The notes beneath the pieces are model-generated. The model saw only the letters and a program-made list of their open reading frames with translations, did not search any database and was not told where the DNA came from. From Lama glama (lineage: Eukaryota), in assembly GCA_028534125.1 (NCBI GenBank), contig CM052817.1:59522001-59586000 (forward strand): a stretch of 64,000 nucleotides of DNA, read 5' to 3'. How positions within the stretch are numbered: position 1 is the first letter of the stretch; every line of letters begins with the position of its first letter. Made by a program: the position numbers and the translations under genes. Shown piece by piece: positions 51,967-64,000 of this stretch.

Positions 51967-52609
51967 TGTAATTACCTCCAATTTTTAAAGAAAGAATTTA
52001 AAACTGAGTATGAATTTGAAATTAATTAAAGCAAAATCATGTTCCAGTTCACATAACTAATATCTGCAGCCAACAGGAATTAAACTAAGCCTAATTTGAA
52101 GCATTGGCTTCAAATCCAATATTCATTGACTTTAGCATGACTTAATCTTCAATATATACAATAAACATGATCTATCCTTAAGAAGTTATATATGCATATA
52201 AACTCGGGATTTTATAGTCAGCATAGATATAGCCTGAGTTGTATAAAATATTGCTATTAAGATCTAAAAGTTAACAAAGATACTACACAGATTTAAAGAT
52301 ATCTATTAAATATATGGCCCTTTTCCAGCATCATATTATTGTCTTATGTTTAATCTGGAGTACCTTGTGCATTGGAACAGCATACAGCAGGTTCTGAAAG
52401 ATTCTCATTTTAAAGTAAATTCTATAACTGAGAAGTCTGACATTTTAACTTTTTATTTTGAAATAATTCTATCTTCAGAGTCACAAGGGTTGTAGAGAAA
52501 CTTCCTATAGTCCTTTCTCCCAGCTCCCCCATGTTCATGGGTTACATAATGATAGTAAAATTATTAAAACCAAGAAATTAACATTGACACAGTACTATTA
52601 ACTAAACTG

Positions 52610-53880
52610 CAATCGTCCCTCTTTATCTACAGCTGATAAATTCCTAGACCCTCAGTGGATGCCTGGAACCACAGGTAGTGCTGAACCCTCCATATACTGA
52701 AGCCCGTCAGGATCCTGTGGGGCCTTCCAGGGTCAGACCCCTCCCCCATGTCCTCTGCTGCAGGTCCTCCCTGAAGTACTCAGATGATAGTATCTCATAT
52801 GTATTTCCTGAGTTTTTCAGATGCTTAAAACCACCACCAAAGGAAGAAATTAACTATTTGATGATCTAGAGCATGCAACCCCCAGCCTAGGGGTTGATAG
52901 TGTTAACAACCTTGCTACCTCCACATCAACCAATCAGAGAATTGTGCATGAGCTGATCACGTATTCCGTGGCCCCCTCCCTCACCTGGCCTTTAAATATG
53001 TTTTGCTGAAACCCTTTGGAGAGTTTGGGGGTTTTCTTGGGCATAAGCCACTCCACCCGCCTTGCCTGGCCCTGCAATAAACCTGTCTCTACTCCAAACT
53101 TTGATATTTCGATTTGTTTGGCCTCATGGTGCGGTAGGCATATGAACTTGCCTTCCGTAACATATACATCTTTTTTCTCGGCATACATACCTAAAGTTTA
53201 ATTTATAAATCAGGCACAGTAAAAGATTAGCAACAACAACTAACAATATAATAGAATTATAACAGTATACTATAATAAAGGTTATGTGAATGTATTCTCT
53301 TTCTCTCTCAAAATATTTTATTATACAAATTTAATGCCATTTCCATGTTAACTAAGCACTTACGCATTGTGGCCATAACTTTTGCAATTTGAGGTGCAAT
53401 AGTAAAACTACCATGAATTTCTCTCTCCACAATTTCACCGATAGAAGATTCGTTCTTACCTTAGATTTTAGCAACCCCGGCATACGGTATTTTTTCTTTT
53501 CTCATTAAGTTGTAAATTTTCACCTTTACATATAAAGGAAGCACTAAATGGCTTCTCCAAGTTACCAGTATCACTACTTTTGCACTTTGGGACCATTATT
53601 AAGTAAAATAACCTGAACACGACCACTGCATTACAGAAACCGTAACTCTGGCAGCCAAGATGGCTGCTAAGTGCCCGAGGACGGTTGCGCGGACAGAGGG
53701 ATGATTCTCGCCCCGGGTGGGATGGCGCGAGATTTCATCGTGCCATGCAGCATGGCAGGCAATTTAGAACTTACGAATTGTTTATTTCTGGAATGTTACC
53801 ATTTAATATTTTCAAACCACTGTTGTCAGCGGCGAACTGAAACCACAGAAAGTGAAACCGAGAATAAGTGAAGAATACTG
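52610..53880. mobile_element. MER44/Tigger7-derived TcMar DNA transposon (~800 bp), split by an LTR
   Basis: Termini caatcgtccctctttatc... and ...aactgaaaccacagaaagtgaaaccgagaataag...atactg followed by TA; internal aaagtttaatttataaatcaggcacagtaa. Confidence 0.85.
52698..53162 (+). mobile_element. ERV1-type solo LTR, 465 bp
   Basis: TG...CA termini, perfect 5-bp TSD tatac (52693-52697 and 53163-53167), CCAAT (aaccaatcag), TATA-like tttaaata, polyA signal caataaac. Confidence 0.9.
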
Positions 53881-55874
53881 TAAACACAGATTTTATTCTG
53901 ATTTCACTAGTTTTTCATTAATATCTTTTTTCTATTCAAGGAATCAACTGAGTATCCTACATTACATTTCCTTGTGGTGTCTTCGTGCTCTCCTCCAATG
54001 ACACGTGACAATTTTCTGATGTTTTCTCGAGATTAAATTGAGGTTATGGATTTGGGAGAAAAACACCACAGCTGTGAGGTACACTCAGTGCACTGAAGTT
54101 AATATGGCATGACCATAATACGCTTTATTACTGGTGATGTTAACCTAAATTACTTGGTTGAGATGGCATCTGTCAGATGTCTTCATAGTAAAGTTACGGT
54201 TTAATTCTTTGTAAATAATATTTATTGGGGGAGATAAATCTTGAGACTATGAATATATCCTCTTTCTCAAACGTATTATTTCTCCTTAATTTTCACAATG
54301 GTCTGCATTTCACATCTACAGTAATTAGCACTGTGGTGTTTTAATGTTTTTCTATTTCCCTTGTTTCCTCTAAATTCATCAGTTGGGAATCTTACATAAG
54401 GAAGAGTTACCCCATCTCTATCATTTGATCATTTGCTTATATTAGTTTGGACATACCAATATTTAACTTATTCTTTGTGTTTTAATTCAACATTATCATT
54501 ATATTTTTGCTGATCAAATTGTTTCAGATTTGGACACTGGGGCTATTTCAGGTCGGCTCTTTGGTCTTTTCAATAAACTCCATTCTTTTTTTCATTGCTT
54601 ACTTTTTGAAATTAAAGCTCCAGATAACTTACATTTTTCTTGTATAATCCCTAGAATTAACAGTTCTCTAAGAAGCCCTCAGGTTTGTTTGTTTTGGGGG
54701 TTTTTTTTTGTTGTTTTTTGGGGTTTTTTTAAGAATATTATTTAGAAAGCAAGATCTGGGCGCTAAGTTTTTTCATTGCTCCTGGGGTGTCACTCTGTGT
54801 AGTGACAGAGCTAGAAAATTTATTTAAATATGTATAATAGCCCACGTATTTACATGTCTATTCTGTGTGTGCGTGTGTGTATACATTTTTTTTTCATGCT
54901 GATATCTCTGACTCCCCTTCAGGACCACATGTTTCTTTCTATTTCCTCTTTGCTTATTTATAGCATATCTTTAACAATTTTCCTAATCCATAATAAATTT
55001 GCTCATTTATTCAATTGAAGTAGAAATATAAAATAGTTTCATAATTTCTAACCACATACCCTGTGAAAAGTAGCTTTTTCAATTAGAGTGTAGTGTTTGT
55101 ATACAGTTATTTTTTTGTTTCTGGGCTCATAATATCCAGTGAAAACAATGTTTTCTAAAGTTACTTAGGCCAGCTCCTTTGCTCATTGCTTTGTGTGGCT
55201 AAGTAGAGTTCGACTGTACCAACATTTACCAATTAACCTGCTCAAACACATCAGGGTTCCTTCCAGATTTTAGCAATTATCCATAAAGCTACTTACTACA
55301 AGGCTTTTGTCTGGAGATAATAAGTTCTGAATTCACATGGGCAAAAAATAAGTGGATTGCTTAGTCATCGGTATGTGTTTAACTTTGTAAGAACCAGCCA
55401 AACTATTTTCTCCCAGTGGCTGTACATTCCTACCATCAATGTATGAACATTCTAGTGGCTCTGGATATTCATCAGCTCCTGGAATTTTAAGATTTGGAGG
55501 GGTGTTTTTGTTTTTATTTTTGATGTTGTTGTCATTCTAATAGCATTGTAGTAATAACTCATTGTGGTTTTACTGTTTTTCTGATGACTAATAATATTGT
55601 ATATCTTTTCAAATACCCAAATGTCATCTTCACTGAAGTGTCTTCATTCTCATAAAGGTATCTTTTTTAGAGTAAATGTTTTCAATTTGTATATTCTAAT
55701 TTATGTTTTTAGTGACAGATTTTTCTTTTATCTTATCAAGAAATTATTTACCAAACACAAGATCACAGAGATATTCATTTGAAGTTATTTTTCAATTTAA
55801 ATGCATATTTAAAGGATTTTGTTTTTGTTTTGCATATGGATGCCAACTCTATTATCACCATTTGTTGAAAAGAG

Positions 55875-55991
55875 AATCCCTGTCTCTGACTCAGAAATCT
55901 TATATCTTCTGCCAGCATTTATGAACCTTGACAGGCTAATTTATTAGCCTACAAGTAGGGTAAAATACCAAACCCTTCATGGTTTTTTGAC
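55875..55991 (+). mobile_element. LTR47-like 3' fragment
   Basis: tgtctctgactcagaaatctt...ttctgccagcatttatgaac...caagtagggtaaaat; appears related to the element at 43920-44400. Confidence 0.55.
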
Positions 55992-56520
55992 CACAGAGTT
56001 TTTATGCTCGAAGTGGGCATGCCTCTCCTTCTACTAGACCTTCAGTACACAAGATTGAGTAATCTAATTAGGACTTGAACTGGGTTTCAAGTTTGTTGTT
56101 GCTATGGATTTGTTAGGCAGTTAGATAGAAATGAGCCCTGGGCAGGGACGAGGACGAGGAAAAGAATAACCCAGAAAATAACAGTACCTCTGCACTCAGG
56201 ATAAGGGACTCCAGAAACTTTTACTTTCTCTAAATGAGGGCCAGTAAAAGAAACCAGCTAAAATCAAAACGCTGCAGCTGCGCATGAGAGAAGGACCTGG
56301 CGTAACTTGACCCAATGCTTATAATAATGTAATTAACATTACAGTTTGAGCCATTCCCATAGGTTTCTCTGTGTGCTTCAAGGGTAAGAACCTGCCCAAA
56401 AGGGGATGGGCGTGCCAGAGCACAGCTGTCAGTCAACTTGAGCACAAGAAACCTGAGCTGTCAATCACCCTGATCACTCAAAGAATGTTAATCAATCAAT
56501 CAATCACAAAAAAGCCAGGA

Positions 56521-56556
56521 TATAAAATGGGGAAAACAAAGAAGCAGCACCATTTT
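56521..56556 (+). promoter_or_regulatory. LTR core promoter: TATA box plus initiator (predicted U3/R boundary at 56552)
   Basis: TATAAAA at 56521-56527; CCATTTT at 56550-56556 fits the Inr consensus YYANWYY, with the A 31 nt after the first T of TATA. Confidence 0.65.
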
Positions 56557-56726
56557 TCCTCTCTTGGATCGGCCCGTTCCCAATTCTTGGGAGTGTACTA
56601 TCTTTTACTACCTTTTTACTTTACTAATAAAAATCTTGCTTATATCACACTTTCTATCACTTGTTAAAAATTCTTTTTTTTCTTCGGGTGACAGAACCGA
56701 GGGAATTCTTATTTCCCTTTTCCCAT

Positions 56727-57205
56727 TGTCAACTGAAATAAATGCGCAGCCTAACAGTTAAGAGTTATGTTTTATTTGGCGGGAGGACTCAAGCCGGGAT
56801 GACAGCCTCTCAGATCGCTCTGAAGGACTGCTCCGAAGAGGTAAGGGAGGAGCTAGGATGTATAGGAGCTTTACAACAAAGACCAGGTAGTTGGGACAAT
56901 AAAAGATTGCTTGTTCTCTAAAGAAAACCAGGCATCTCAAGTTAAAGAATTTAGTGGCTTTCTATGTATGGGAGGAAGCAAACATTTGGGCTCACTGAAT
57001 TCACTCCTTTGACAAGCACCTAGCTATCTAGGGCCAGTATCTTGTCCTTTATTATTCTGAGTCCCCTCAGAGTGCACCATTGTGAGTGGCTACAGAGGCT
57101 GGACTGCAGGCTTGTCTTCACTGGGGGGTGGCGGCAGCCGCTGATGACTTGATGGTTTCAACATTCTTTGTTTACTGATTTGGTTTGCAGTATTTTTCAT
57201 TCACA
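56727..57205 (-). mobile_element. ERV1-type solo LTR, 479 bp, antisense
   Basis: tgtcaac...ttcaca termini; minus-strand AATAAA (ttttatt at ~56770) near its 3' end; retains many CpGs. Confidence 0.9.
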
Positions 57206-57218
57206 CTGGTAACAGTTT

Positions 57219-58060
57219 CAGTACACCATAGCCTTTCAACTCCTTGAAGGATAACTTTGTTTATTATACGAATTGATTTGCCTGAGTTTTTCCCCCCATA
57301 TCTGCTCCACTCTGAGCTTTTGGCCATCCTTTTGTGCTGCACCACAGAAATGGTCCGTTTCCTGCAAGTAACTCTTTATTCAAATGACACTCGTTAACCT
57401 AGTGGTGGGGGTGGGAACAATATATGTTGTCCTGGTTAAGTTTAATTACTAAGTAGGCAAAGTAGCCCTGGTTCTCCAGGTTGGGAGCTACTTAATGTCC
57501 TTCCCTCTCCCAGTGCAGTTTTAAGCCCAGCATTTATTTCCCAGGTGCGAGGGCTCCTTTCCCTCCCTAGCTGCAATGACTTTTTACTGTTGCCTCAAGG
57601 TGAGAGATTATTGCCCTTATACCACAGATCAAAGCTTCATTTTCTTAGAGGAAATTAGCAGGAAGGGTCTCAGAGTTTCTTACTGCTCCTACTTTGTTTT
57701 CCTTTTTATCTTCTCTGTTCTCTCCTCCTTCTGCTTTCCATACTGAAGAATTTCTTTGGTTTCTCCCAACCTTTTTGTTGAGTATTAGTTACAGTTTGTA
57801 TACACCTGGCCTCCAGCCATTTGCCAATCACCCTATCTTTTTAAAATAGGTTCCAAAGCAGCTTGCCCAGATAATCAAATGTTTTGGTTTTTTCTCACAT
57901 GTTCAAATGACCTTCTCTGATTTTAAGCCCTGCAGCCTCCGTACTCTGATGCATTCAAAGAGTTGTGAATTTCCTGTTATTTTTGTTGCTGTTGCAAAGG
58001 TTGAGAAAAGACCTTTGCAGTTTTTCTGGAAAGAGTCTTTCCAGTTCTCTACATCTAGGC
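57219..58060 (-). mobile_element. Old L1 5'-region remnant (continues from ~55995-56110)
   Basis: Flanks rejoin as ttgttgctatggatt|cagtacaccatagcctttcaactcc, which resembles L1M 5' sequence. Confidence 0.45.
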
Positions 58061-58229
58061 AGAAACTGAGTCAATTTAATTTTTTTTAATTTGGTTTCAA
58101 AAAGCAACTGACTAGAAATCTGTAACCCTTTTTACTTTGAGAGACTCCCACGAATAATTTAAATTGTAAATTATAATAATTTTCCTTAATAATTAAAAGT
58201 TAGCCAGGGCTCTGTTGAGTCACTCAAAC

Positions 58230-58400
58230 ACATAAAGGCATGAGGCCTAATGACTACTTGGAGCATCACAGCCTTGAACAATTCGATCAGTTTTTCTGTG
58301 ACGCTGTGACTGGATTTGCAAAGTAATAGTAAGAAATTTTCCATCTAGCTCCAGCAATATGGTGAGGACTTAAGAACCAAAAATATTTTGATATCTTCAA
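58230..58400 (+). mobile_element. MIR SINE (decayed)
   Basis: agccttgaacaattcgatcagtttttctgtgac...ggtgaggacttaaga. Confidence 0.5.
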
Positions 58401-60711
58401 AAGATAATAAAACAGTTTGTATAAAAATAATTGCCTTTCTTTCCTATTATTAACTGAATTGTCATGGCAGTTCTATCTAGTATAATGGATGCCATGACTA
58501 TCTAAACTAGAACAACAAAATTGAGGACAAAGAGCAGAGTCTATCCAAAAACCTACATTAAATAACACTGTTTAGAATGTTAAATCACTGTACTTTTTAA
58601 AAATAAAATTATTTTTGACCCTCAAAGTCAATTTAGTTTTGAATAGGATAATGATTTAAATATTATGGGGGGAGGGGTCATGAATATGGAATGTAAATTA
58701 TAAACAAAATTAACTAATAAAAATGCTTGAGAGATTACCTATGCCCTCAAATTCTCTGTGGAATATCAGTGGTAAACCACTAGAATTTCCTTTCCTTTAA
58801 CACTTTGCATATTTATTTGACAGACCTCATCCCTAGCAGGGTAAAAATCAAATGCTAATGACATTCAAGATGAAATGGGATCATCAAAGTTACAAAGAAG
58901 CTGACTAAACAACAAATTTGAAAATTGTTTGGCAGCAAAGGATAAGAGGGCTTAAGGACTCATTAGAAGAGAAACTTAAGGATGAGCAGGAGGATAATAA
59001 TAATTACAATTTAATCCTGGATAATAATGCAAAGGTTAGAAGTCATATACAGTAACTTGCAGTATATTATTTTAATGTTTCATTACTGTGATAAAGGATC
59101 TGACATAAAGATTGATTTGATGCAGGTCACCCCATCAGCTCTTCTGTCTTAGTGGATAAATCTCTTTGGGCAGGTAGGGTTGCAGCTTGCCTGACTCTGA
59201 CCTGTTATTTGGAGAAAAACTGTCCTGTACCAGATTTCATTCTGCTTACTGCTGTGACTTAAAAATACTTTGATTTTCAAAAACTTTAACTTTGAAGATT
59301 AGAATTTATATGAAACAAGGGATTATTACATTGAATAAATTCCAAAGCTCTAGATACTCAAACCTGTACCTATAGATTTACTATGTAGAGTTATTGTATA
59401 GGAACATGAAAACTAATTTGTTCTCACAATTAAAGTAATGGACTATATTATGAATTGAGACCAATGACCTAAAATCATGTTGTGACTTTGAATAATTTAT
59501 TTTTAATAAAGATATATTTGAAATAAGAAATTTTTTTATCACTACTTTTTAGCAGTAAGTAAATTTTCAATCCTGATATTCAAGATGTTTGAAGAATCTG
59601 GGTTCAATGCTTTTCCCAGGTTCAATTTCACCTCACTTCCTTCAACAAAAATCTACAGCAGAAAAAACCCTGAGTACTAGTTATTCCTCATAATTTTACT
59701 TGGCTTTCCTTTTTATATTACATTTTGCTTTTATAAAATAATATATGAACAAATTAGAAGCCCAAGGGCAGTAATACGATTAAAATAAAATACATTAGTT
59801 CCTGCCCTATTTTCCTACCTTATAAATAAATAGACTACAACTTTCAGTATTTGAAATATTTTCTTCTGATGTTTAACAAATATATTATTACGCAGCTGTG
59901 TTTTGATTTCTTGATCTTAAATAGTATCCACTGACTTTATGTTTTAACAGTTGAAGATTTAACTCTCTTACATCTCTACCTTAGCCTTCGCCTAATCCTC
60001 ACCTCACCCAATAGGGATCAAAACTTTTGTTTAGATTATTGGTTAATTACCATAAAATATTGCTTACTTCTACTATGCCTAATGAGAAAAATTATTACTC
60101 TTGTTTTTCTCATTTTTATGAGTCCAATCTACCAATCTAAACTGAATCACTTATTGTCTTTTATTATTTTGACTTTATATTTCTCCTTGCTACAATCTTT
60201 TTCCACTTTAGTAGAAAGTTATCAGTGAAAAAGCTCAGAATAATCGCCCCATTCTCTGAAAGTTACAGTGCATAACCTTCTTTGACCATATTCCTATCTG
60301 ATACTTAAGAGGTGATACTATTCATTATTTCTTGATTGTTTATTTTTATTAGACAAACTGCAAGCAGATGTCAGATACTTGCTCTGACAATTTCCTTAGT
60401 TAGTCGTTTATGTAGTTTATTAATCTACTAATTGGAAGGTCTATCTTTGAGTATATCTGGTTTTACATGATCAAAACGTCTAATGTTACAAAAAGTTCCA
60501 ACAAATGCTTTTACAATTATTACTTATAGCATAATAAATTGTTATCAAAATATCATGAAAACCTACTACATATATACATATCTATATTTCAAAATACTGT
60601 TAAACAATTTAAACAAACACACATAGAAACAGGATAAACAGATGTATTAAAGAATCTGAAATAGTTTTTTCATGTTTGATAGAGAAAACATGTAATTTAA
60701 TTAATTCTAGT

Positions 60712-61078
60712 TGTCTTAATTAGTCAGGGCTACTATATAAAGAATCATAGCAGGATAACTTACAAGCAAGAGAAATTTACTTCTCACCGTTCTGGCGGCT
60801 CGGAGTCCCAGATCAGGATATCAGAATGGTTGAGTTCTGGTCAGTGCCCTCTTCCAAGTTGTAGACTACCAAATTCTCATCATATCCTCACAGGCAATGG
60901 GCAGAGAGAAGGGAAGCAAGCATTCTCACGACTACTAACACTTTTATGACTAATTCTGTTCATGGCCTCTTCTAATCCTAATCACCTCCCAGAGGCCCTA
61001 TCTCCTAATACCATCACATTGAAGGGTAGGGTTTCAACATGTGAACTTTCAGGGGACACAAACTTTCAGTCCATAACA
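60712..61078 (-). mobile_element. MLT1A0-like MaLR solo LTR, 367 bp
   Basis: tgtcttaatt...cagggctactata...ctcctaataccatcacattg...ttcagtccataaca; 5-bp TSD ctagt/caagt. Confidence 0.9.
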
Positions 61079-61735
61079 CAAGTATTTCCTCTGAGAATTG
61101 TTAATAAATATTAAGACTGTGATATCCTTCGTATTATGATTTCCCTTCTTTGTGACTTTCATTTTGGCTTGTTTAATGCCTTTTTCTCTTGCAGAAATGG
61201 GTACTTTAATCTCTGAATACTGGCATTATGTGTCCATGTGTATTCATTTAAATAAGGAAATGTTAAGTTTCTGGAAGACCAAATTTCTTTTTATGAAGAG
61301 ATATAACCATGAAAATCTCCCCTTTTTTAAAACTAGATATATACACAATATGAAAAGTGCAATCATTTCATGTCAGCTTCAACAGTGGCTTCCGTTCAAA
61401 TTTTGCCATATTTTAAATCGATCACAAAACTTGTACAATCAACGTTATAATGTGTATTTGAATTATACCAGAGAGTTGGTTTTGATCCTGAAATATGTAA
61501 TCCAAATTTAAAATCTAAGCGGATCTGTAATAATCCTGGCTTTGTGTATGTCTACATACATCTAACTTATATTGTTTAATTGTTAAAAATGTAAATGAAG
61601 GTGAAAACACTAAAGCAATTTATGCATATGTTAACTTTACACTATATATATATAATTTACTCATAGGTTAAATATAGAGAATGCCTATAGCACACCAGAC
61701 ACTATTTCATTTACTCGTGTCAACAACCCTATAAG

Positions 61736-61843
61736 CAAGGCCATATAACTTAATATTTAAGCCAGAATACTTCTGAGTGAAACGGGCACTATTAGTAATC
61801 ACTTCGGGGCAGTAGGCAACAACAAGGTTGAATAGTCACCCCG
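61736..61843. mobile_element. MER94-like hAT-Blackjack MITE inserted in an antisense MIR
   Basis: ccatataacttaat...gagtgaaacgggcactattagtaatcac...gtcaccc; flanks cctataag/cctataga (degenerate 8-bp TSD). Confidence 0.7.
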
Positions 61844-62130
61844 CCTATAGAGAGAAAGTTTTCCTGACTAACACACCCCAGAATGATTTCTTCTTTCTCT
61901 TCAATTATTACCCGATCTACAAATGAGGAAATCAAAGTTCAGAGGGACAACAGAACTTACCTAAATCACACATTTATTAAGCATATGAGTTGGTATTCAA
62001 ACTCAGAACGTAGGAAGAAGGAGACTACCATTATAACAAGTGAAGAAAATATGATCACTTCAGAACAAAACTCATAGCATATCATCATTGGTTAAACGTA
62101 CATGTGAATGTTTAATTGACAATTGACATT

Positions 62131-62185
62131 CACATGTCTAAAAAGACACATAAGTCTAGAACATATGTCTAAAAAGATACATAAG
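62131..62185. repeat. Direct repeat of 24 bp (period 31)
   Basis: cacatgtctaaaaagacacataag and catatgtctaaaaagatacataag. Confidence 0.85.
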
Positions 62186-64000
62186 CAAACTGCTAACAAT
62201 GCCTACTTAGGGAGAATGAGTAGTGGGAGATAGAGAGGCGTTCATATTATGATGTATATATTTCTACATTGCCCATTCCGCACAAGCCACCTCCCCATGA
62301 TCTCCACATTCAGACCATTAGCACCCATTATTTTACTTAAGTTAACGGGCCTAAAAGTATTACAGATATAAAAATAAGTTTGAACACATCCATGACATCC
62401 TGCTTTGAAAGTATTTATAAGAATTACACTGATTTCAAGTTTATCTTAACTTGAGCCAAGTTAAATAAAAACGTTTAAAAAGTTTTAATTGTATAATTAA
62501 ATCACTGAAAGTATATTCATATATTGGTGAGAATTTAAAAACTATATTGTATTAAATACTTTAAAATGCAATTAATTAAATAATAGGCTGTGCTTTTCAA
62601 ATCTAATTGAGATTTTATCCTTTTTTTTATTGCTTTAGCAGGATTTTGCTTTAGATAAATGAAGTGATTAGTTTAATAAATTACTAAGCTCATATGTTTG
62701 TATAGAAACACAGAAAAAGGTTCACAGTGATAAGGTGATCCATATTACTGTAACTGAAAGAAATTAAAGCCCTTTTTAAGTCAAGCTTGATATTCATGAA
62801 TTCCATACCTCAGAGACTCATCTAAATTATGACAGACTCCTTGTTGAAAGTATATTGAAAAATTTACAGTATTGGAGGAGAATATTTTGTGCTTAAAAAA
62901 AAATCTACATAAAATTTTGAATCTCAAGTGTCCTTTCCATAAAATACAGATCCAAGATAAGATGACCAAAGCAATCACATAATTTAAGTCTACTTTTCTA
63001 TGCAGGGATAAAAGGGATAGTTCCTTGAAAAGGTTCATTGGTAACTCAACTCAACTAGAGTTATAGCTACTTGTGCACTTTCTGTAGGATTGAGAGTACT
63101 TAATCTTTTCCTACTACCCAGTAGCTACACAGCAATTACTTTGGTAACTGGAAGCTATCATGTTGCAAGTGAAAAATTGATAGAAATTATATATGCGTTT
63201 GTGTTTGAGACATACACTCTATTCCAATCAAGATCGATGGAATTAGGAAACTCACTCTCCAAGAAGGATTAATCAAATTTTTAACTGAATTAATCCAAGA
63301 AAAATGGTAATTTCAAAGGACTAAGTTTAAAAAAAAAAAGCTATTTTTCCTTAATAAATGAAAAAGCATGAACATATGTTAATCCAGATATGGAAGCTTT
63401 TACCATAAAACAACAAATTTGAAATGCAACTTTAATAGCAAACATGCAACGTGTTTGCCTTATATTGTATCTGCAACTGTGGTGCAGTTGTAATGTGATG
63501 AGCGTATATTTCCCTTACACATATGCAGGCAAACAGGGCTCATGTATGAAAAGGGACTCACTCAGCACAGAAAAAGAGAAGTTTCAAATGACATTAATAC
63601 CAATTAGTACTAGTCCTTCGATCAATAAGAGAGACTATAAAGACACAGCCATAGTGTAGTATACTGAGATTAGATAACGCCTTGTTGACATTTCTTTAGG
63701 ATGAATCCACTTTAAATATGGTTAGAGTTGAGAGACATTTCTCAGAAGAAGCTTTCTTCTTTAAAGTTATATGTGACTCCAAAGCCAAAAGACTTTTCTT
63801 AATGCTTTATTTAATAACTCCAAATGCTCTAACAACAGTTTTTAGAATATTTTTTCACCAAAGAGTTTCAGCATATGATGTACAAATTATCCATTTAATC
63901 TTCTTGTAATTTATTTAATATATATTATTTCAGTTTGTAAAAAAAAACTTTGTAGCATTTGGATGTTATAATATATTGCATACTATTGTGATGGTAGCAT

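Larger units (their letters stand above)
52445..55870 (-). mobile_element. L1MC4-like 3' region (host of MER44 and LTR)
   Basis: ttttattttgaaataatt...aaaaccaagaaattaacattgacacagtactattaactaaac|cagattttattctgatttcactagtttt; ttactggtgatgttaacct; caaattgtttcagatttggacactggg. Confidence 0.75.
56111..57214 (+). mobile_element. ERV solo LTR (~620 bp; 56111-56726 plus 57206-57214) split by a second LTR
   Basis: Starts tgttaggcag, ends gtaaca; flanks gatt/gttt (degenerate 4-bp TSD); TATAAAA at 56521 and AATAAA at 56626. Confidence 0.9.

Noticed and set aside
51369..52029. 92-aa and 130-aa ORFs ([11 protein letters not shown]..., MGINRYSLL...)
   Set aside because: They are the last codons of L1 ORF2 plus 3'UTR of a truncated L1, not a host gene.
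56111..57214. Possible provirus or two-LTR element
   Set aside because: The two LTRs are unrelated, oppositely oriented and nested; no PBS, PPT or gag/pol/env sequence is seen.
62446..62464. Hairpin ttaacttg-agc-caagttaa
   Set aside because: An 8-bp AT-rich stem is expected by chance in 64 kb.

Overview
AT-rich, CpG-depleted eutherian genomic DNA, intergenic or deep intronic. I could not support any protein-coding gene, RNA gene or CRISPR array. The ORF track is mostly explained by decayed L1, LTR and simple repeats. Much of the window is interspersed repeat: old L1M, L2, MIR, MaLR/ERVL LTRs and hAT/Tigger MITEs, plus younger L1 3' ends and three ERV1-type solo LTRs. The young L1 3' ends and the lack of Alu, B1/B2, Can-SINE, Bov-tA, PRE and CHR-type SINEs suggest a cetartiodactyl, probably a camelid (inference). 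The most unusual structure is at 49667-49849. It is an antisense insert inside a young L1 that matches only the R-U5 part (predicted cap site to terminal CA) of the LTR family present at 56111-57214. That is the footprint expected of captured retroviral strong-stop cDNA or a cap-complete LTR transcript. Other notable items are an LTR inserted in the last bases of another LTR, an L1-in-L1 insertion with a ~28-bp TSD, a ~53-bp minimal L1 insertion, and a repeat-poor, CpG-retaining block at ~20.3-21.7 kb with splice-like signals. Repeat family names come from recalled consensus similarity rather than a database search, and boundaries of old repeats are approximate.
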